Source: a virus. From it: 64,000 nucleotides of DNA. This document shows positions 1-9,796 of the stretch, piece by piece. The stretch lies in the IMG/VR virus record IMGVR_UViG_3300005613_000053, positions 4,156-68,155 of that record; one strand, given 5' to 3'. The translations under genes were made by a program, and so were the position numbers. The notes below the pieces were generated by a model, which saw only the letters and a program-made list of their open reading frames with translations, ran no database searches and was not told the DNA's origin. Every line of letters begins with the position of its first letter. Within the stretch, counting starts at the first letter, position 1.

Positions 1-267
1 CTCTGCTTTTTCCTTCTCTATTGCCATTATATCAGCATTCTCAGCCACTTCCTTCTGTCCGGCCCTGGCAAGGTCATCTGTATCCTCAGTCTTTGTCTCA
101 GGCTTCTCCTCAGACTTTTCCTCGGGTTTTTCCTCATCAGACCCCTCACCTTTAGTATGAATATCCAACTTTTCATCAATCGGCTCCGAAACTTTACCCT
201 CCTCCAAGTTCTTAGCCGCCTCATCCATACCTTCCAACGTCTTCTCTGATACCTCATTCTCATTCAT
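1..267 (-). CDS. Acidic hypothetical protein, runs off the window end (MNENEVSEKTLEGMDEAAKNLEEG...)
   Basis: AGGAG SD then ATG at 267; frame stays open to position 1. This is a different frame from the 27..263 track ORF. Confidence 0.75.
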   Translation of the reverse strand, partial: MNENEVSEKTLEGMDEAAKNLEEGKVSEPIDEKLDIHTKGEGSDEEKPEEKSEEKPETKTEDTDDLARAGQKEVAENADIMAIEKEKAE

Positions 268-278
268 CTTATCATCTC

Positions 279-1073
279 CTATGTTATTACCGGGTCCTGC
301 GAGCCGACAGTAGCATCACTCGAGGACTCGAACGTATGACTATACATCCCCAAATCCGTAATCCCGTTAAAAGTATATCCCTCAGCATTCGTCTCTCCCT
401 GCAAAGTAAATGACGATGTTGCTACCCCTATTGTATCATGAGGCTGTACAGCATCATAAGTCGTAACCTGCAATGAATAGGTCACCAAACCAATCTTCAT
501 ATATCTTGGCTCCTGCGGGTCACTCCCACTCGCCTCATTGGAATACACCGGCTGTACATCCTGTGCCATTGATAGAGTCCAATCCCTCACATCAGTATTA
601 CCCGAATACCAATACCCATATGGCTGATGAGAAGCATCCCTCAATATGTAGTTATTTACAACAGCTCCAATGGCCTGTTTTCCAGCAGCAGCAACAGACA
701 ACTGAGCAGTTATCAACCCACCCGGAGCGCCCTGCATCGACAAAGATGTCACATAGCAATCCTGCATAAGATAAGCGTCATCACCATCATTGATACCCAC
801 ATTAAATTTATAATACCTCTTCAGCAACCTAGTAGTCGACAAAATAGCCAAAGCAGCCTGAGTTACATCAAAACCCACACTCCCCGAATACGAAACAGTA
901 CCATCAGCATGGAGCATCCTACTCCTCGGGCTCTCAGAAGGGTCTATATCATAAGCATTTATATAAGACGGAGATACAGCATCATCAAACCCACCAGTCG
1001 ATATCAGAAGCTGGACTCCATCCACCTCAGCAGAACCGCCATAACCTAATGTTTTTGTAATATCAGTTGCCAT
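279..1073 (-). CDS. Tail tube-like structural protein (paralogue 3)
   Basis: LGYGGSAEVDG start and WTLSMAQDV motif shared with 2405..3292 and 3312..4409; beta-rich; tail-module position. Confidence 0.6.
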   Translation of the reverse strand: MATDITKTLGYGGSAEVDGVQLLISTGGFDDAVSPSYINAYDIDPSESPRSRMLHADGTVSYSGSVGFDVTQAALAILSTTRLLKRYYKFNVGINDGDDAYLMQDCYVTSLSMQGAPGGLITAQLSVAAAGKQAIGAVVNNYILRDASHQPYGYWYSGNTDVRDWTLSMAQDVQPVYSNEASGSDPQEPRYMKIGLVTYSLQVTTYDAVQPHDTIGVATSSFTLQGETNAEGYTFNGITDLGMYSHTFESSSDATVGSQDPVIT

Positions 1074-1074
1074 A

Positions 1075-1833
1075 TCAATCCCTTCCTACAACCACACCCC
1101 TACTCTGTCTAACCCTGCCACCAGGACCAGCTATCTTCGTAACCGGCTTTTTACCAGGAGAAGACGATGCTCTCTGAGAATCCATCTCCTTTGCCGACAT
1201 TATCTTCAATCTCAAGAAGTCCTTATACTCCATACTCTCTATCTGCTCTTCCCTAAGCCCGAACTTCTCCCAGAAACTACCCAACTTACAATACTGTCTT
1301 ACCGCTTCACAAGCATCAGCAACACCCCTACTATTCTTCCCAAACAATATAGCCGCCTGCCTGTCTATAAGCCTCTCCTCATCTTTCGTTATCACCATTG
1401 TAGCCTCATACCTATCCAGAATGGCCTCTACAAGTGGTGCCGGCATCTTAGCCACCTTCTCATAACACTCCGGCGTCATCCAACCGAACTCCCTCTCAAC
1501 CTCACACAAGTCCCAGGAGATAAGATTCCTTTTCATCATGAGTCTTCTATACTCTGTCACATCCGTCAACCTATGCTCTTTGCCATCAGGCCTCTCTTCG
1601 GTGTATGATACAGCATCCTCTATGACCCTATTATCCCCCACAGTCATCTTCTTGAACAACGCCTTAACAATTCCTTCAGACCTCTCATCCTCCGGGTCTA
1701 AAGGCATCTTCATGCCATTCCATGACAATAAACCCACCCTGACAGTCACCTTATCAGGGTCATTCATCGCCTCGCACTCACGCCGAGCAATCTCTTCAGC
1801 CGTTAAACTCATAGACTCTATTAGCCTTATCAA
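1075..1833 (-). CDS. Putative tail assembly chaperone
   Basis: Lies among tube-like genes; LISW motif shared with 1796..2287; true start may be near 1812. Confidence 0.45.
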   Translation of the reverse strand: MIRLIESMSLTAEEIARRECEAMNDPDKVTVRVGLLSWNGMKMPLDPEDERSEGIVKALFKKMTVGDNRVIEDAVSYTEERPDGKEHRLTDVTEYRRLMMKRNLISWDLCEVEREFGWMTPECYEKVAKMPAPLVEAILDRYEATMVITKDEERLIDRQAAILFGKNSRGVADACEAVRQYCKLGSFWEKFGLREEQIESMEYKDFLRLKIMSAKEMDSQRASSSPGKKPVTKIAGPGGRVRQSRGVVVGRD

Positions 1834-2287
1834 ATATGTTCGTTATTATATTCGGCTGCAACTTCTTAAAAGCATTCCATGACTCATCTGTTAAAACACC
1901 TTGTAATCTATGCAGCTTCAACCTCGGGTTTTCATCCCCAAAAGTCCACGATATCATCAGCTTCTGAATCTTCAACCTATTCAGAGCATCATTATCAATC
2001 ATATGCATCCTCTTGTTGGCATCATAAGAAGTACACATCTTTCTCATTTCCACCATCTCATCGTAATTCCACATCCTGAACACAATCTTATGATGAACAA
2101 CACCTTTTCCTTTCCCCTCTACAACTACCCACCTGGTTCCACTCTTCTGTATATACACATCAACATCAAATGTGATATCAGGTGTAATCTCATACTCCCC
2201 TGGTTCCATAATTCTCTCATCCACCCTCGGTTCTGTCTTCGCGGGCTTCCTGTCTTTTTTATCATCTCTCGGTTGTACAACCGCCAT
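1796..2287 (-). CDS. Putative tail assembly chaperone
   Basis: GGAGG SD; LMISW motif; position after tube genes. Confidence 0.45.
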   Translation of the reverse strand: MAVVQPRDDKKDRKPAKTEPRVDERIMEPGEYEITPDITFDVDVYIQKSGTRWVVVEGKGKGVVHHKIVFRMWNYDEMVEMRKMCTSYDANKRMHMIDNDALNRLKIQKLMISWTFGDENPRLKLHRLQGVLTDESWNAFKKLQPNIITNIFDKANRVYEFNG

Positions 2288-2301
2288 AACTCACCTCCAA
2301 T

Positions 2302-2354
2302 AAAAAAGCGCAGATTGATACACAGCACCCCTATGGTACTATACAATCTACGCT
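2302..2354 (-). terminator. Long-stem intrinsic terminator
   Basis: GCGUAGAUUG..UAUAGUACC/GGUGCUGUG..CAAUCUGCGC followed by U6. Confidence 0.75.
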
Positions 2355-2404
2355 TCAATCGTCCATATTATCTCTCCATCATATTACCAGGACACTGTCC
2401 CGAA

Positions 2405-3292
2405 CTACCCGCCAAATGCTACCAACTCAATACCATAAGCCGTATAGTCTATATTTAACGGTACCAGCGTCTCCGCCGTCTGTACATCATCACTCTCGGT
2501 CGTCGCCTCGAGGTCAGTCAACTTAAATCCATCATCCCCTATATATATTATAGCATCAGTCAGCGAATCACCTGGAAACTCTGGAGTTGCCAGGAAGTCC
2601 GCCATGTATGAGCCCGTCAAATTTATCGTCATCGGCCCAACAGCCAGATATCTCGGTTCCGCAGGAGTGGCTGAATTCTCGCAAGCAAAGAACTTCACCA
2701 CCTCCTGTGAAAACTCAAGCGACCATGTAATAAACTCGTACTCAGCACCTTCAAGCGTCACCCTAGTATTCCAAAATGGCACTGGATTTTGGTTAAAATC
2801 CGGACTCGGATTAAGCGGTGGAGGAAACGTACCGCTCGGGCATAAAAGCCCCTCACCCTCATCATTGTCTATGTACTTGTCCCCGTATACATACGAGTCC
2901 CGCTCCAAAGCCACAAAACTCAAAGAGCCTTCACATAAACCACCATCACTCGCAGAAAGACTTATAGAGGTGAAGAAGCTGTTTAAAAACTGCTGCTCAC
3001 CAGCCCCCCTTGGAGCGAAGAATACTTCCTTAGCACTCTGCCTGTCAAAAGGCCAACTCTTCAACTCATCAGTGAAGATGTCCTGAGTGATATCGAAATT
3101 TATAGAGCCATCCCAAATTTCCCAATCATAAGCTCTGGGCAGCCCTATTCCTATCTCACTCGACGGAGCATTTATCCTACCACCGTAAGCAGAAGAAGCC
3201 TCAACCTTATTACGATTCCTCGGGACTGATGTTCCAGTCCCAAGGACGTAAGTACTTCCCAACTTTACATGACCTTCGTATCCGAGAGCCAT
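2405..3292 (-). CDS. Tail tube-like structural protein (paralogue 2)
   Basis: MALGYEGHVK start; GSINFD and PVPFW motifs shared with 3312..4409. Confidence 0.6.
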   Translation of the reverse strand: MALGYEGHVKLGSTYVLGTGTSVPRNRNKVEASSAYGGRINAPSSEIGIGLPRAYDWEIWDGSINFDITQDIFTDELKSWPFDRQSAKEVFFAPRGAGEQQFLNSFFTSISLSASDGGLCEGSLSFVALERDSYVYGDKYIDNDEGEGLLCPSGTFPPPLNPSPDFNQNPVPFWNTRVTLEGAEYEFITWSLEFSQEVVKFFACENSATPAEPRYLAVGPMTINLTGSYMADFLATPEFPGDSLTDAIIYIGDDGFKLTDLEATTESDDVQTAETLVPLNIDYTAYGIELVAFGG

Positions 3293-3311
3293 ACTCCACC
3301 TCCCTTAGAGG

Positions 3312-4409
3312 TTACGGAGTAACAAATGCTCCACTACCGTCAGATATAATACACGGAGGCAATGTGGTCGTTCCCGAACACCTACCACCAAGACCCTTAA
3401 CGGAGAAGGACCTGTTTGTAACCGCATCTGCTCCAGTAATACCGTAATCATCACTCTCTACCACAACAGCCGGCAGTTCGATGAAGACATCGTTACTTCC
3501 GTTATTGATAGCAACCCTGAACCAGGTGTTTTCAGCGTACATGTACGGACTTGTCAGCGTACCTGTGCCAGCCGGACCCAGAATCGGGTCAAATACACCC
3601 TGCTCATTGTAAAGAACTACAGTACCGGTAACATCCATCGGACCCTGAAGCAGGGCTGTAGGAAGCCTGTTACCATTACATGTGTAAAGCAGTACGTGGT
3701 TCTGCGTTACATCAACATTCCACTCAACAGTCTCAAGACCAACCTGAGGGACCGCACCACCAGTAAACGGAGCACTGTAAGTACCCGTCAACAGCTGAGC
3801 ATTCGTCCTCCAGAAAGGAATCGGGTCAACGTTATTACCGCTCGGGTTCAACGGATTAGTGTCCGCCAGAACCGTACAATCGCTAGCAATAACACCGAGC
3901 TTCTGGTTGATGTAGCTATAATTTGAATAATCAGTACCACCAGCCGGGTCAACCTCACTCCTGTCCAGAGCTATCGCTCCAGCAGAAACCGTAACGAATG
4001 ACCCCTCTGAAGTAGAGAAGCCTGCGGAAGTATTCCACATTCCGTTCAGGTCGTAGTTTGCCCCATAAGCGCCTGTCGTCCTGTACTGGTACACCCTTGC
4101 GCCGTCAGGCGAGATGTCCACAGACTTCGGGTACGCTCTGTTAGTGATAATCCAGTCCTCCATCAGGTCCCACAGCTGATTACTTGCACCCATCTGAAGC
4201 TCGAAATCAATCGAACCTTCATATCTGATTGCGTTGTCAGCATAGTGAGCCGCACTCGCCGCATTATACCAGCCAGCGCCCCATACAGCACTGGAGTAAA
4301 TCGGCTCCAGAACCAGGTTCACGCTCGAACCGGTAGCCAAAACTACCTGCGGAGTCGTGGCCGGACCTGCAACGTAGAACTTCACGAATCCTTGATATCC
4401 CATTCCCAT
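3312..4409 (-). CDS. Major tail tube-like protein (paralogue 1)
   Basis: MGMGYQGFVK start; strong SD; Gly/Thr-rich beta composition. Confidence 0.6.
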   Translation of the reverse strand: MGMGYQGFVKFYVAGPATTPQVVLATGSSVNLVLEPIYSSAVWGAGWYNAASAAHYADNAIRYEGSIDFELQMGASNQLWDLMEDWIITNRAYPKSVDISPDGARVYQYRTTGAYGANYDLNGMWNTSAGFSTSEGSFVTVSAGAIALDRSEVDPAGGTDYSNYSYINQKLGVIASDCTVLADTNPLNPSGNNVDPIPFWRTNAQLLTGTYSAPFTGGAVPQVGLETVEWNVDVTQNHVLLYTCNGNRLPTALLQGPMDVTGTVVLYNEQGVFDPILGPAGTGTLTSPYMYAENTWFRVAINNGSNDVFIELPAVVVESDDYGITGADAVTNRSFSVKGLGGRCSGTTTLPPCIISDGSGAFVTP

Positions 4410-4441
4410 GACTATTTCCTCCTATCTTACTTGCTTGCCCA

Positions 4442-5239
4442 TTACAACTGAATCTGCCTCTCCTTGAGGTTCTTCACTTTAACCGTATCTCCAACGGTAC
4501 CTGTCGACCCTGCCGGTACAAACCCGGCTCCTATCACGTCCAGGAACCTGTCAGAAGTTCCACCAACATTCACAACAGCTCCCGGGGCCGACCCTCCAGG
4601 TACCGTCACATCAATCGTCGTAGGATTGTCATTAACATCCTTAACCGACAACCTCAAGTCCAGGTCAGTACCGCCCATCGTTACTACCTCAACCTTCAAC
4701 TGGGTAGCAGCAAAATTACTGCCATCCGCCGGATTCGTCACAGCACCGTTGCCGTAATTTATCCCATCAGTAAACTGTACCGACGGTCCTGATACGACCT
4801 CGAGCTCTGCGAACTCGTCGTCCCCTTCAGAGAACACATTGACGGCATGCATATACCTACCAATAACCGCGAAATACAGCTCACCAAAATATTGGCTCAC
4901 CCTCACGTCATTGTCATACAAATATCCGTCCCATCCTCCAACTTGTAAATAATTACCGTTCGCGTCTCTTCTTACAAAATGAGCATCCATGCCACCTATT
5001 ACCCCAGGCAACCTTGTCCCATACTTAGCCGCGAATCCCGGCTCTAAATCATCATCGACCTCTTCGTACACCGGCTCAGTCGGAATCTCAACATCCGGGT
5101 CATCCGTCGCCGTCACAGTATCAAAGTAATAACCCAATCCCTCTTGGCTTATTGCCCCGAAAACCGTCTTCAACTGTCCATACTGGTAAGCTGCTCTATC
5201 AGCCACCCTCAACAGTGTCGCTGTATCAACCAATGGCAT
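4442..5239 (-). CDS. Virion structural protein (hypothetical)
   Basis: Between neck and tail genes; Gly/Val/Thr-rich C-terminal domain. Confidence 0.5.
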   Translation of the reverse strand: MPLVDTATLLRVADRAAYQYGQLKTVFGAISQEGLGYYFDTVTATDDPDVEIPTEPVYEEVDDDLEPGFAAKYGTRLPGVIGGMDAHFVRRDANGNYLQVGGWDGYLYDNDVRVSQYFGELYFAVIGRYMHAVNVFSEGDDEFAELEVVSGPSVQFTDGINYGNGAVTNPADGSNFAATQLKVEVVTMGGTDLDLRLSVKDVNDNPTTIDVTVPGGSAPGAVVNVGGTSDRFLDVIGAGFVPAGSTGTVGDTVKVKNLKERQIQL

Positions 5240-5534
5240 TCAACAGCTCCTTCCTATAAGCCAAAATATCCTTTTTCAAAACTTTCAACTTCCCAGCACC
5301 AGACTTAGCATTTTTTGCAATTATTTTCGCAAATTTTGCCATTTCCTTCTTCGCCAGGTTCAAATCCTCTACCGTCACCTCTCCAGAGGACTCAAGCTGC
5401 ATCTCTATCGCAGCCAATTCAGCCGTTGCTTTCTTAATCACAGCCAAATTCTTGACCACTTCTCCCATCCGCCTGACCGGCTTCATGTCAACGTACACCG
5501 GCAGAGACTCTTCTGACAACCGCATCCGCGACAT
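5226..5534 (-). CDS. Hypothetical helical protein
   Basis: Overlaps neighbours; codon bias matches the genome. Confidence 0.6.
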   Translation of the reverse strand: MSRMRLSEESLPVYVDMKPVRRMGEVVKNLAVIKKATAELAAIEMQLESSGEVTVEDLNLAKKEMAKFAKIIAKNAKSGAGKLKVLKKDILAYRKELLNAIG

Positions 5535-5730
5535 TGGTCAAACCCTCCATCTCCTTAATAAAAACGCCCATAGAAATCAAAATCTTCTTCAGCTCCTTGT
5601 CACCCTTAACACCATTATCCTCTATATCAAGAGCCCTCATGGCCTGCTTATTGGCTTTATAAGGCACTCTACCAGCCCTAACCACCCTGTCAAAGGCCTC
5701 ATTAACAATCTCGCTGTTCCGTTTTGACAT
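5488..5730 (-). CDS. Hypothetical protein (start MSKRNSE)
   Basis: GGAG SD before the ATG at ~5730. Confidence 0.55.
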   Translation of the reverse strand: MSKRNSEIVNEAFDRVVRAGRVPYKANKQAMRALDIEDNGVKGDKELKKILISMGVFIKEMEGLTNVADAVVRRVSAGVR

Positions 5731-5770
5731 CACTCTCTCTCCATAACAATGGCTTTTTATCAAAAAAATA

Positions 5771-6340
5771 TTATTCAACAACAGCCGGTCTGAGTATTGT
5801 AGGCGTCAAAGCACCACCCACCTGCCACTTACTTTCCGGAAATGGCTCGTTAATTTCCACAAACCATGAAAACTCCGCCACCCTCATAGTACCGGACTTC
5901 ACAGCATTATAAGACACATTCTCCACCAGACTATCCAGCATATATGTATCCGACAATCCTCCTGTTGGGTCCCATCTCGTCTCATTCAAAATCCTCAACT
6001 GAAGATTCTCAGGGCTTGTCATTATCTCAGTCAATGCCGTTGCCAGCGTCGACACATATTCAACCCCATATTTCTCATTATCATTGGTCACTGTCAGCAT
6101 ACACTGAAAGTCATACCTCGGCCTCTGCGCCCTGGTAGTTGCCCACCTGTTAGCCCCTGACCCCGGCTCTATCTCAAAAGACGGATATGCACCTATCGGG
6201 AGCACACGCCTTAGCCCCTCAAAGACATTAAGAGCAGTATCCTCACCCTCATACTCAGCCACAACCCTATTTATACCCAGGTTGTTCCTCTCCAACAGGG
6301 CAATCAAAGTCTTAATTATATTACTTGGATTTGTATAAAT
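5771..6340 (-). CDS. Putative tail terminator/neck protein, probably starting at a non-canonical ATT (IYTNPSNIIKTLIALLE...)
   Basis: GAGGTG SD precedes ATT at 6340; YPSFEIEP motif is like tail-completion proteins. Confidence 0.55.
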   Translation of the reverse strand: MYTNPSNIIKTLIALLERNNLGINRVVAEYEGEDTALNVFEGLRRVLPIGAYPSFEIEPGSGANRWATTRAQRPRYDFQCMLTVTNDNEKYGVEYVSTLATALTEIMTSPENLQLRILNETRWDPTGGLSDTYMLDSLVENVSYNAVKSGTMRVAEFSWFVEINEPFPESKWQVGGALTPTILRPAVVE

Positions 6341-6349
6341 AACACACCT

Positions 6350-7015
6350 CTATGCAGCTACAGGCCAATCAGCCTTTCTTGTTTTCTTCCCAAATTTCAT
6401 ATGAAGTCCTTTATGACAATCATAACATAAAGTCACACCATTATCTAAATCAAACCTCTTCTCTGGAAAATCAGCCCAACAATCTCTATGATGAGCCACT
6501 AATTTAACTCCCCTATCACCACAAATCTGACAAGTAAAATCATCCCTCTTATAGATATCCTGTCTCCATTTCTTATATCTTACATCAGTTCTAAACCTCT
6601 CCCTGTTATACTCCCTCTCCTCATCAGTCAAGAACTTATTTGCAAGCCCCGTCTCTCTTACCTTTTCTATTTGCAAACAACCACAAGACCTTGTATGCCC
6701 ACTTATCAAATAACTCCTAAAAACAATCTTCTCACTACCACATTCACATTCACAAACCCACTTTTCAAAACTTCCATTAAACTTTCCAATTACTAATAAT
6801 CTTCCAAATTTCTGTCCTTTAATATCTCTATCAGCATATTTAGAGCATCCACAATGCTTTTTACGACCCTGAATCAGATTACTATGCCATGTCTCAATTT
6901 CTTCCCCACAATCACACTTACATAAATACTTTCCACTCTTCTGTCTCGATAGTATTTTCAACATTCCCACTCTACGTCCTATTAAAGGCTTCTTTTTGGA
7001 TGGATTTGTATACAT
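6350..7015 (-). CDS. HNH homing endonuclease
   Basis: Two G-x-[KR]-[FV]G-x-L...CxCxCG repeats; C-terminal RDDFTCQICG..AHH..NGVTLCYDCH; AT-rich. Confidence 0.9.
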   Translation of the reverse strand: MYTNPSKKKPLIGRRVGMLKILSRQKSGKYLCKCDCGEEIETWHSNLIQGRKKHCGCSKYADRDIKGQKFGRLLVIGKFNGSFEKWVCECECGSEKIVFRSYLISGHTRSCGCLQIEKVRETGLANKFLTDEEREYNRERFRTDVRYKKWRQDIYKRDDFTCQICGDRGVKLVAHHRDCWADFPEKRFDLDNGVTLCYDCHKGLHMKFGKKTRKADWPVAA

Positions 7016-7338
7016 TAGTAATACCTGACCCCTACCGACTCCAAATCATTCCTTTTAGCCAACTTCACAGCCAACTTTTCAAACTCCTTGACTATCGCTT
7101 CCTTGGCCTCATGGTCAGAAAAACCTACACCAATCTCCATCTTATCCTTGGTATCTTTCCGAGTTGTATATACCTCTACCCCCTCATTCTTCCTGATTCT
7201 GTCTGCCATCCTCTGAATCTCAAAGTGGACATTATTATATGTAGAAGAATCAGAATCACTTTCTCTCTTAAAAGTAAGTGACAGGTCTACAGCCAATTCC
7301 TTGGCCAGGATTAGAAGTTCTTCAGCTACCCTCTTCAT
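7015..7338 (-). CDS. Hypothetical protein with N-terminal tag (MKRVAEELLILAKEL)
   Basis: GGAGG SD; shared N-terminal motif. Confidence 0.75.
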   Translation of the reverse strand: MKRVAEELLILAKELAVDLSLTFKRESDSDSSTYNNVHFEIQRMADRIRKNEGVEVYTTRKDTKDKMEIGVGFSDHEAKEAIVKEFEKLAVKLAKRNDLESVGVRYY

Positions 7339-7347
7339 CTCAACCTC

Positions 7348-7833
7348 CTAGAAATCAGGTTCAGGTATTGCCGGAGGCTGCATATTTGGAGGCATTGTAT
7401 GACTATAATGACTCTTTCTCTTCTGCCCCGGTATCCTATGACTAAAACGCTTCATCGCAAAAACAGACCTCCTTGAATCATCAATATGAGTCTGCATCTG
7501 GTCGGTCATATTCTGCTCCAGCTGCTGGAATTCAGTCAACATAAGAAGAGCAGCAGTCCAATACCTGGAATACCTTCTTAAATCTCCCGGGAAAACCCTC
7601 TTAGTGTTCCCATCAGGCTGAACCGCATTCATTCCCCTCATCGGTGTATGATATACGTCCTCAAGTATGGCATCTACCTCACGGTCAACAGTCTCCTGAA
7701 ACCTATTAACCATAGGCTGATTTACCTTGGCCATCTTACCCTCACCTATCTGCATAACTCTCAGCACATCCTGGATATCAGTCCATGAACCTGAATAAAA
7801 TTCCTCAGAAGTAGTAGGAGATATATCTGCCAT
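7348..7833 (-). CDS. Putative head-tail adaptor
   Basis: Helical; EVDAILEDVYHTP resembles adaptor proteins; neck-module position. Confidence 0.5.
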   Translation of the reverse strand: MADISPTTSEEFYSGSWTDIQDVLRVMQIGEGKMAKVNQPMVNRFQETVDREVDAILEDVYHTPMRGMNAVQPDGNTKRVFPGDLRRYSRYWTAALLMLTEFQQLEQNMTDQMQTHIDDSRRSVFAMKRFSHRIPGQKRKSHYSHTMPPNMQPPAIPEPDF

Positions 7834-8645
7834 TATGCTACCCTCCTTTTAGACGAACTTATAAGATTTCCCTTCATACAACCACATGACTTTACCTCAC
7901 CCCGCCTTAACTTAGTTCCTACAACCTTCTTTTCAATTCCACAAATACACCTACACATAAAACTAGCATGGCCATCCTTGGTAGAACCCTCACGCCTTAA
8001 TACTGTAAAATAACCAAAAGTTAGACCTGATATATCCACCTTCTTTTTAACAATCCTCAAAGGCTTATGTCTCCTATTTTTTGAACAATACTCATCCCAT
8101 TGCTTCTTAGTATTCCCCTCTTTCCCATATAAACGATGGAACTCATTATGACACGTTTCACAAGCCGTCACACCATTATCAACATCATACCTACCCTGTT
8201 TACACCAATGGTAAGCATCCTTATGATGAGCTACAAGATTACCACCACGGTCATCTCCACACACCCGACACATATAACCATCTCTTTCATACACATTTCT
8301 ACGCCACTCTGCATTTCTTGGGTCTAAATCACGATTTACAGCAAGCTCTCTATCTTCATCTGTAATGTCTGGATTATATATAATCCCATGCCAAATCTCT
8401 TTATGTAAACAACCACATGAAGATGTACTACCTCGAACTAAGGACTGCCCCAATATATCTTTCTCACTTCCACAATCACAACGACACTTCCATACTGACT
8501 TTCGATATTTAGTTCCCGCACGACTCAACACGACAAGACGACCAAATCTCCTACCGACAAGATTCAAAGCACTACGACGACCCATATCTCTCATATGAGC
8601 CACTCGGTTATATTGCTCTCCAGTTGTAGGACTAATATCAGCCAT
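7833..8645 (-). CDS. HNH homing endonuclease
   Basis: GRRFGRL..CRCDCG repeats; RDGYMCRVCG..AHH..NGVTACETCH. Confidence 0.9.
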   Translation of the reverse strand: MADISPTTGEQYNRVAHMRDMGRRSALNLVGRRFGRLVVLSRAGTKYRKSVWKCRCDCGSEKDILGQSLVRGSTSSCGCLHKEIWHGIIYNPDITDEDRELAVNRDLDPRNAEWRRNVYERDGYMCRVCGDDRGGNLVAHHKDAYHWCKQGRYDVDNGVTACETCHNEFHRLYGKEGNTKKQWDEYCSKNRRHKPLRIVKKKVDISGLTFGYFTVLRREGSTKDGHASFMCRCICGIEKKVVGTKLRRGEVKSCGCMKGNLISSSKRRVA

Positions 8646-8925
8646 TTCTTGAACCCCTTCTAGCCGTCCTAACGCCCAACACGCCTTCGGCTATTTTCTC
8701 AACATCAACATTCTGTACACTACTTCGTATCCTTCTGGCCACACCCTTCAAGTCACTTGAAGCCTCAACCACCACATCATATCCACTGCCACCCTCAACA
8801 TGCCTGCCATCAGTCACCACAAATCCTGACTCGACACACTTCGACACTTCCTTCCTCACGGCCATTATCAAAGCCGCAGAGGTTATCAGACTCCCTATCT
8901 CAGCAATCTCCCTGGATATATCCAT
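8638..8925 (-). CDS. Hypothetical protein (start MDISREIAEIG)
   Basis: AAGGA SD before the ATG just after the stop of the upstream gene. Confidence 0.6.
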   Translation of the reverse strand: MDISREIAEIGSLITSAALIMAVRKEVSKCVESGFVVTDGRHVEGGSGYDVVVEASSDLKGVARRIRSSVQNVDVEKIAEGVLGVRTARRGSRNG

Positions 8926-8926
8926 G

Positions 8927-9121
8927 CTATTCCTTCTCTCCGTCCCAACCCTTATCAACTTCCTCGAAGAATTCATCCTTCTTATCATCCGGAATCTTAT
9001 CAGGACTATCAACATTCCACTTGTCCAGCTTCTTCTGGAAGTACTCCTGATACTCCTTCTTCTTACCAGACTCCGCTAAAACCTTCCTTGCCACACTATT
9101 CGCCATCTTGTCCATTCTCAT
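8927..9121 (-). CDS. Small tagged protein (YQEYFQKKLDKWNVDSP..FFEEVDKGW)
   Basis: AGGAGG SD; tag-like N-terminus. Confidence 0.7.
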   Translation of the reverse strand: MRMDKMANSVARKVLAESGKKKEYQEYFQKKLDKWNVDSPDKIPDDKKDEFFEEVDKGWDGEKE

Positions 9122-9419
9122 CACAAACCTCCTATACAGATATTCCATACCTTTTTAAATGAGCCGTAAACCCGTCTATAATATCCCACGCAACATCATT
9201 AGGGTCCTTGCCACCGGTATCCATATCCTCAACCACATCTACCACTTCCCCTAATAAATCATCCATATCAACATTACTTTTTATAAAATTCGATATAGCC
9301 TTCTTTGAAGCCTTTTCTACCGCAGGATTCACTCTTGCACTCCTACTCCCTGACTCCAACTCTCTAGCAATAAATACCAACTCTTTTGCTATTTTATCCA
9401 TTCTCATCACAAACCTCCT
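9111..9419. repeat. 23-nt direct repeat (9111-9133, 9397-9419) covering SD and first codons of adjacent genes
   Basis: tccattctcatcacaaacctcct occurs at both sites. Confidence 0.85.
9132..9407 (-). CDS. Hypothetical protein with N-terminal tag (MRMDKIAKELVFIAREL)
   Basis: AGGAGG SD; shared motif. Confidence 0.75.
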   Translation of the reverse strand: MRMDKIAKELVFIARELESGSRSARVNPAVEKASKKAISNFIKSNVDMDDLLGEVVDVVEDMDTGGKDPNDVAWDIIDGFTAHLKRYGISV

Positions 9420-9781
9420 CAATCGTCGTATATCCTATAATCCAACTCAACAGCAGCTAAATTTGCCTTCGCATAAGGCGCAGCAATCGCAAGCCTGCCA
9501 ATCCACTTCTCTCCCGGCTTCAATTTCAAGAATGGATAAAAAGTAGAAGCAGGCTTACTTCCTATCTCCAAATAGTTCGTATCATCCAAATTTTCAAATA
9601 TAGAGATACCAGGCGTCGTTACATCTCCAAGACCCAAAGCCTCTTCAGTAGTCCCTATCTCCTGAACACTTCTTACCAACTTCGCAGTTGTCTGGGATGC
9701 TGCAACAGCACCACTCGAGACATTATCAGTCAAGTCTCCATTATTCAGTTGTAATTTAAAGTTATACGAAAACTCCGACAT
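9419..9781 (-). CDS. Hypothetical beta-rich virion protein
   Basis: Good SD; structural-module position. Confidence 0.55.
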   Translation of the reverse strand: MSEFSYNFKLQLNNGDLTDNVSSGAVAASQTTAKLVRSVQEIGTTEEALGLGDVTTPGISIFENLDDTNYLEIGSKPASTFYPFLKLKPGEKWIGRLAIAAPYAKANLAAVELDYRIYDD

Positions 9782-9796
9782 CTCCTACCTCCAATT

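Noticed and set aside
27-263. Track ORF MRMRYQRRRW...
   Set aside because: Wrong frame; the SD-led acidic ORF from ATG 267 running off the window fits better
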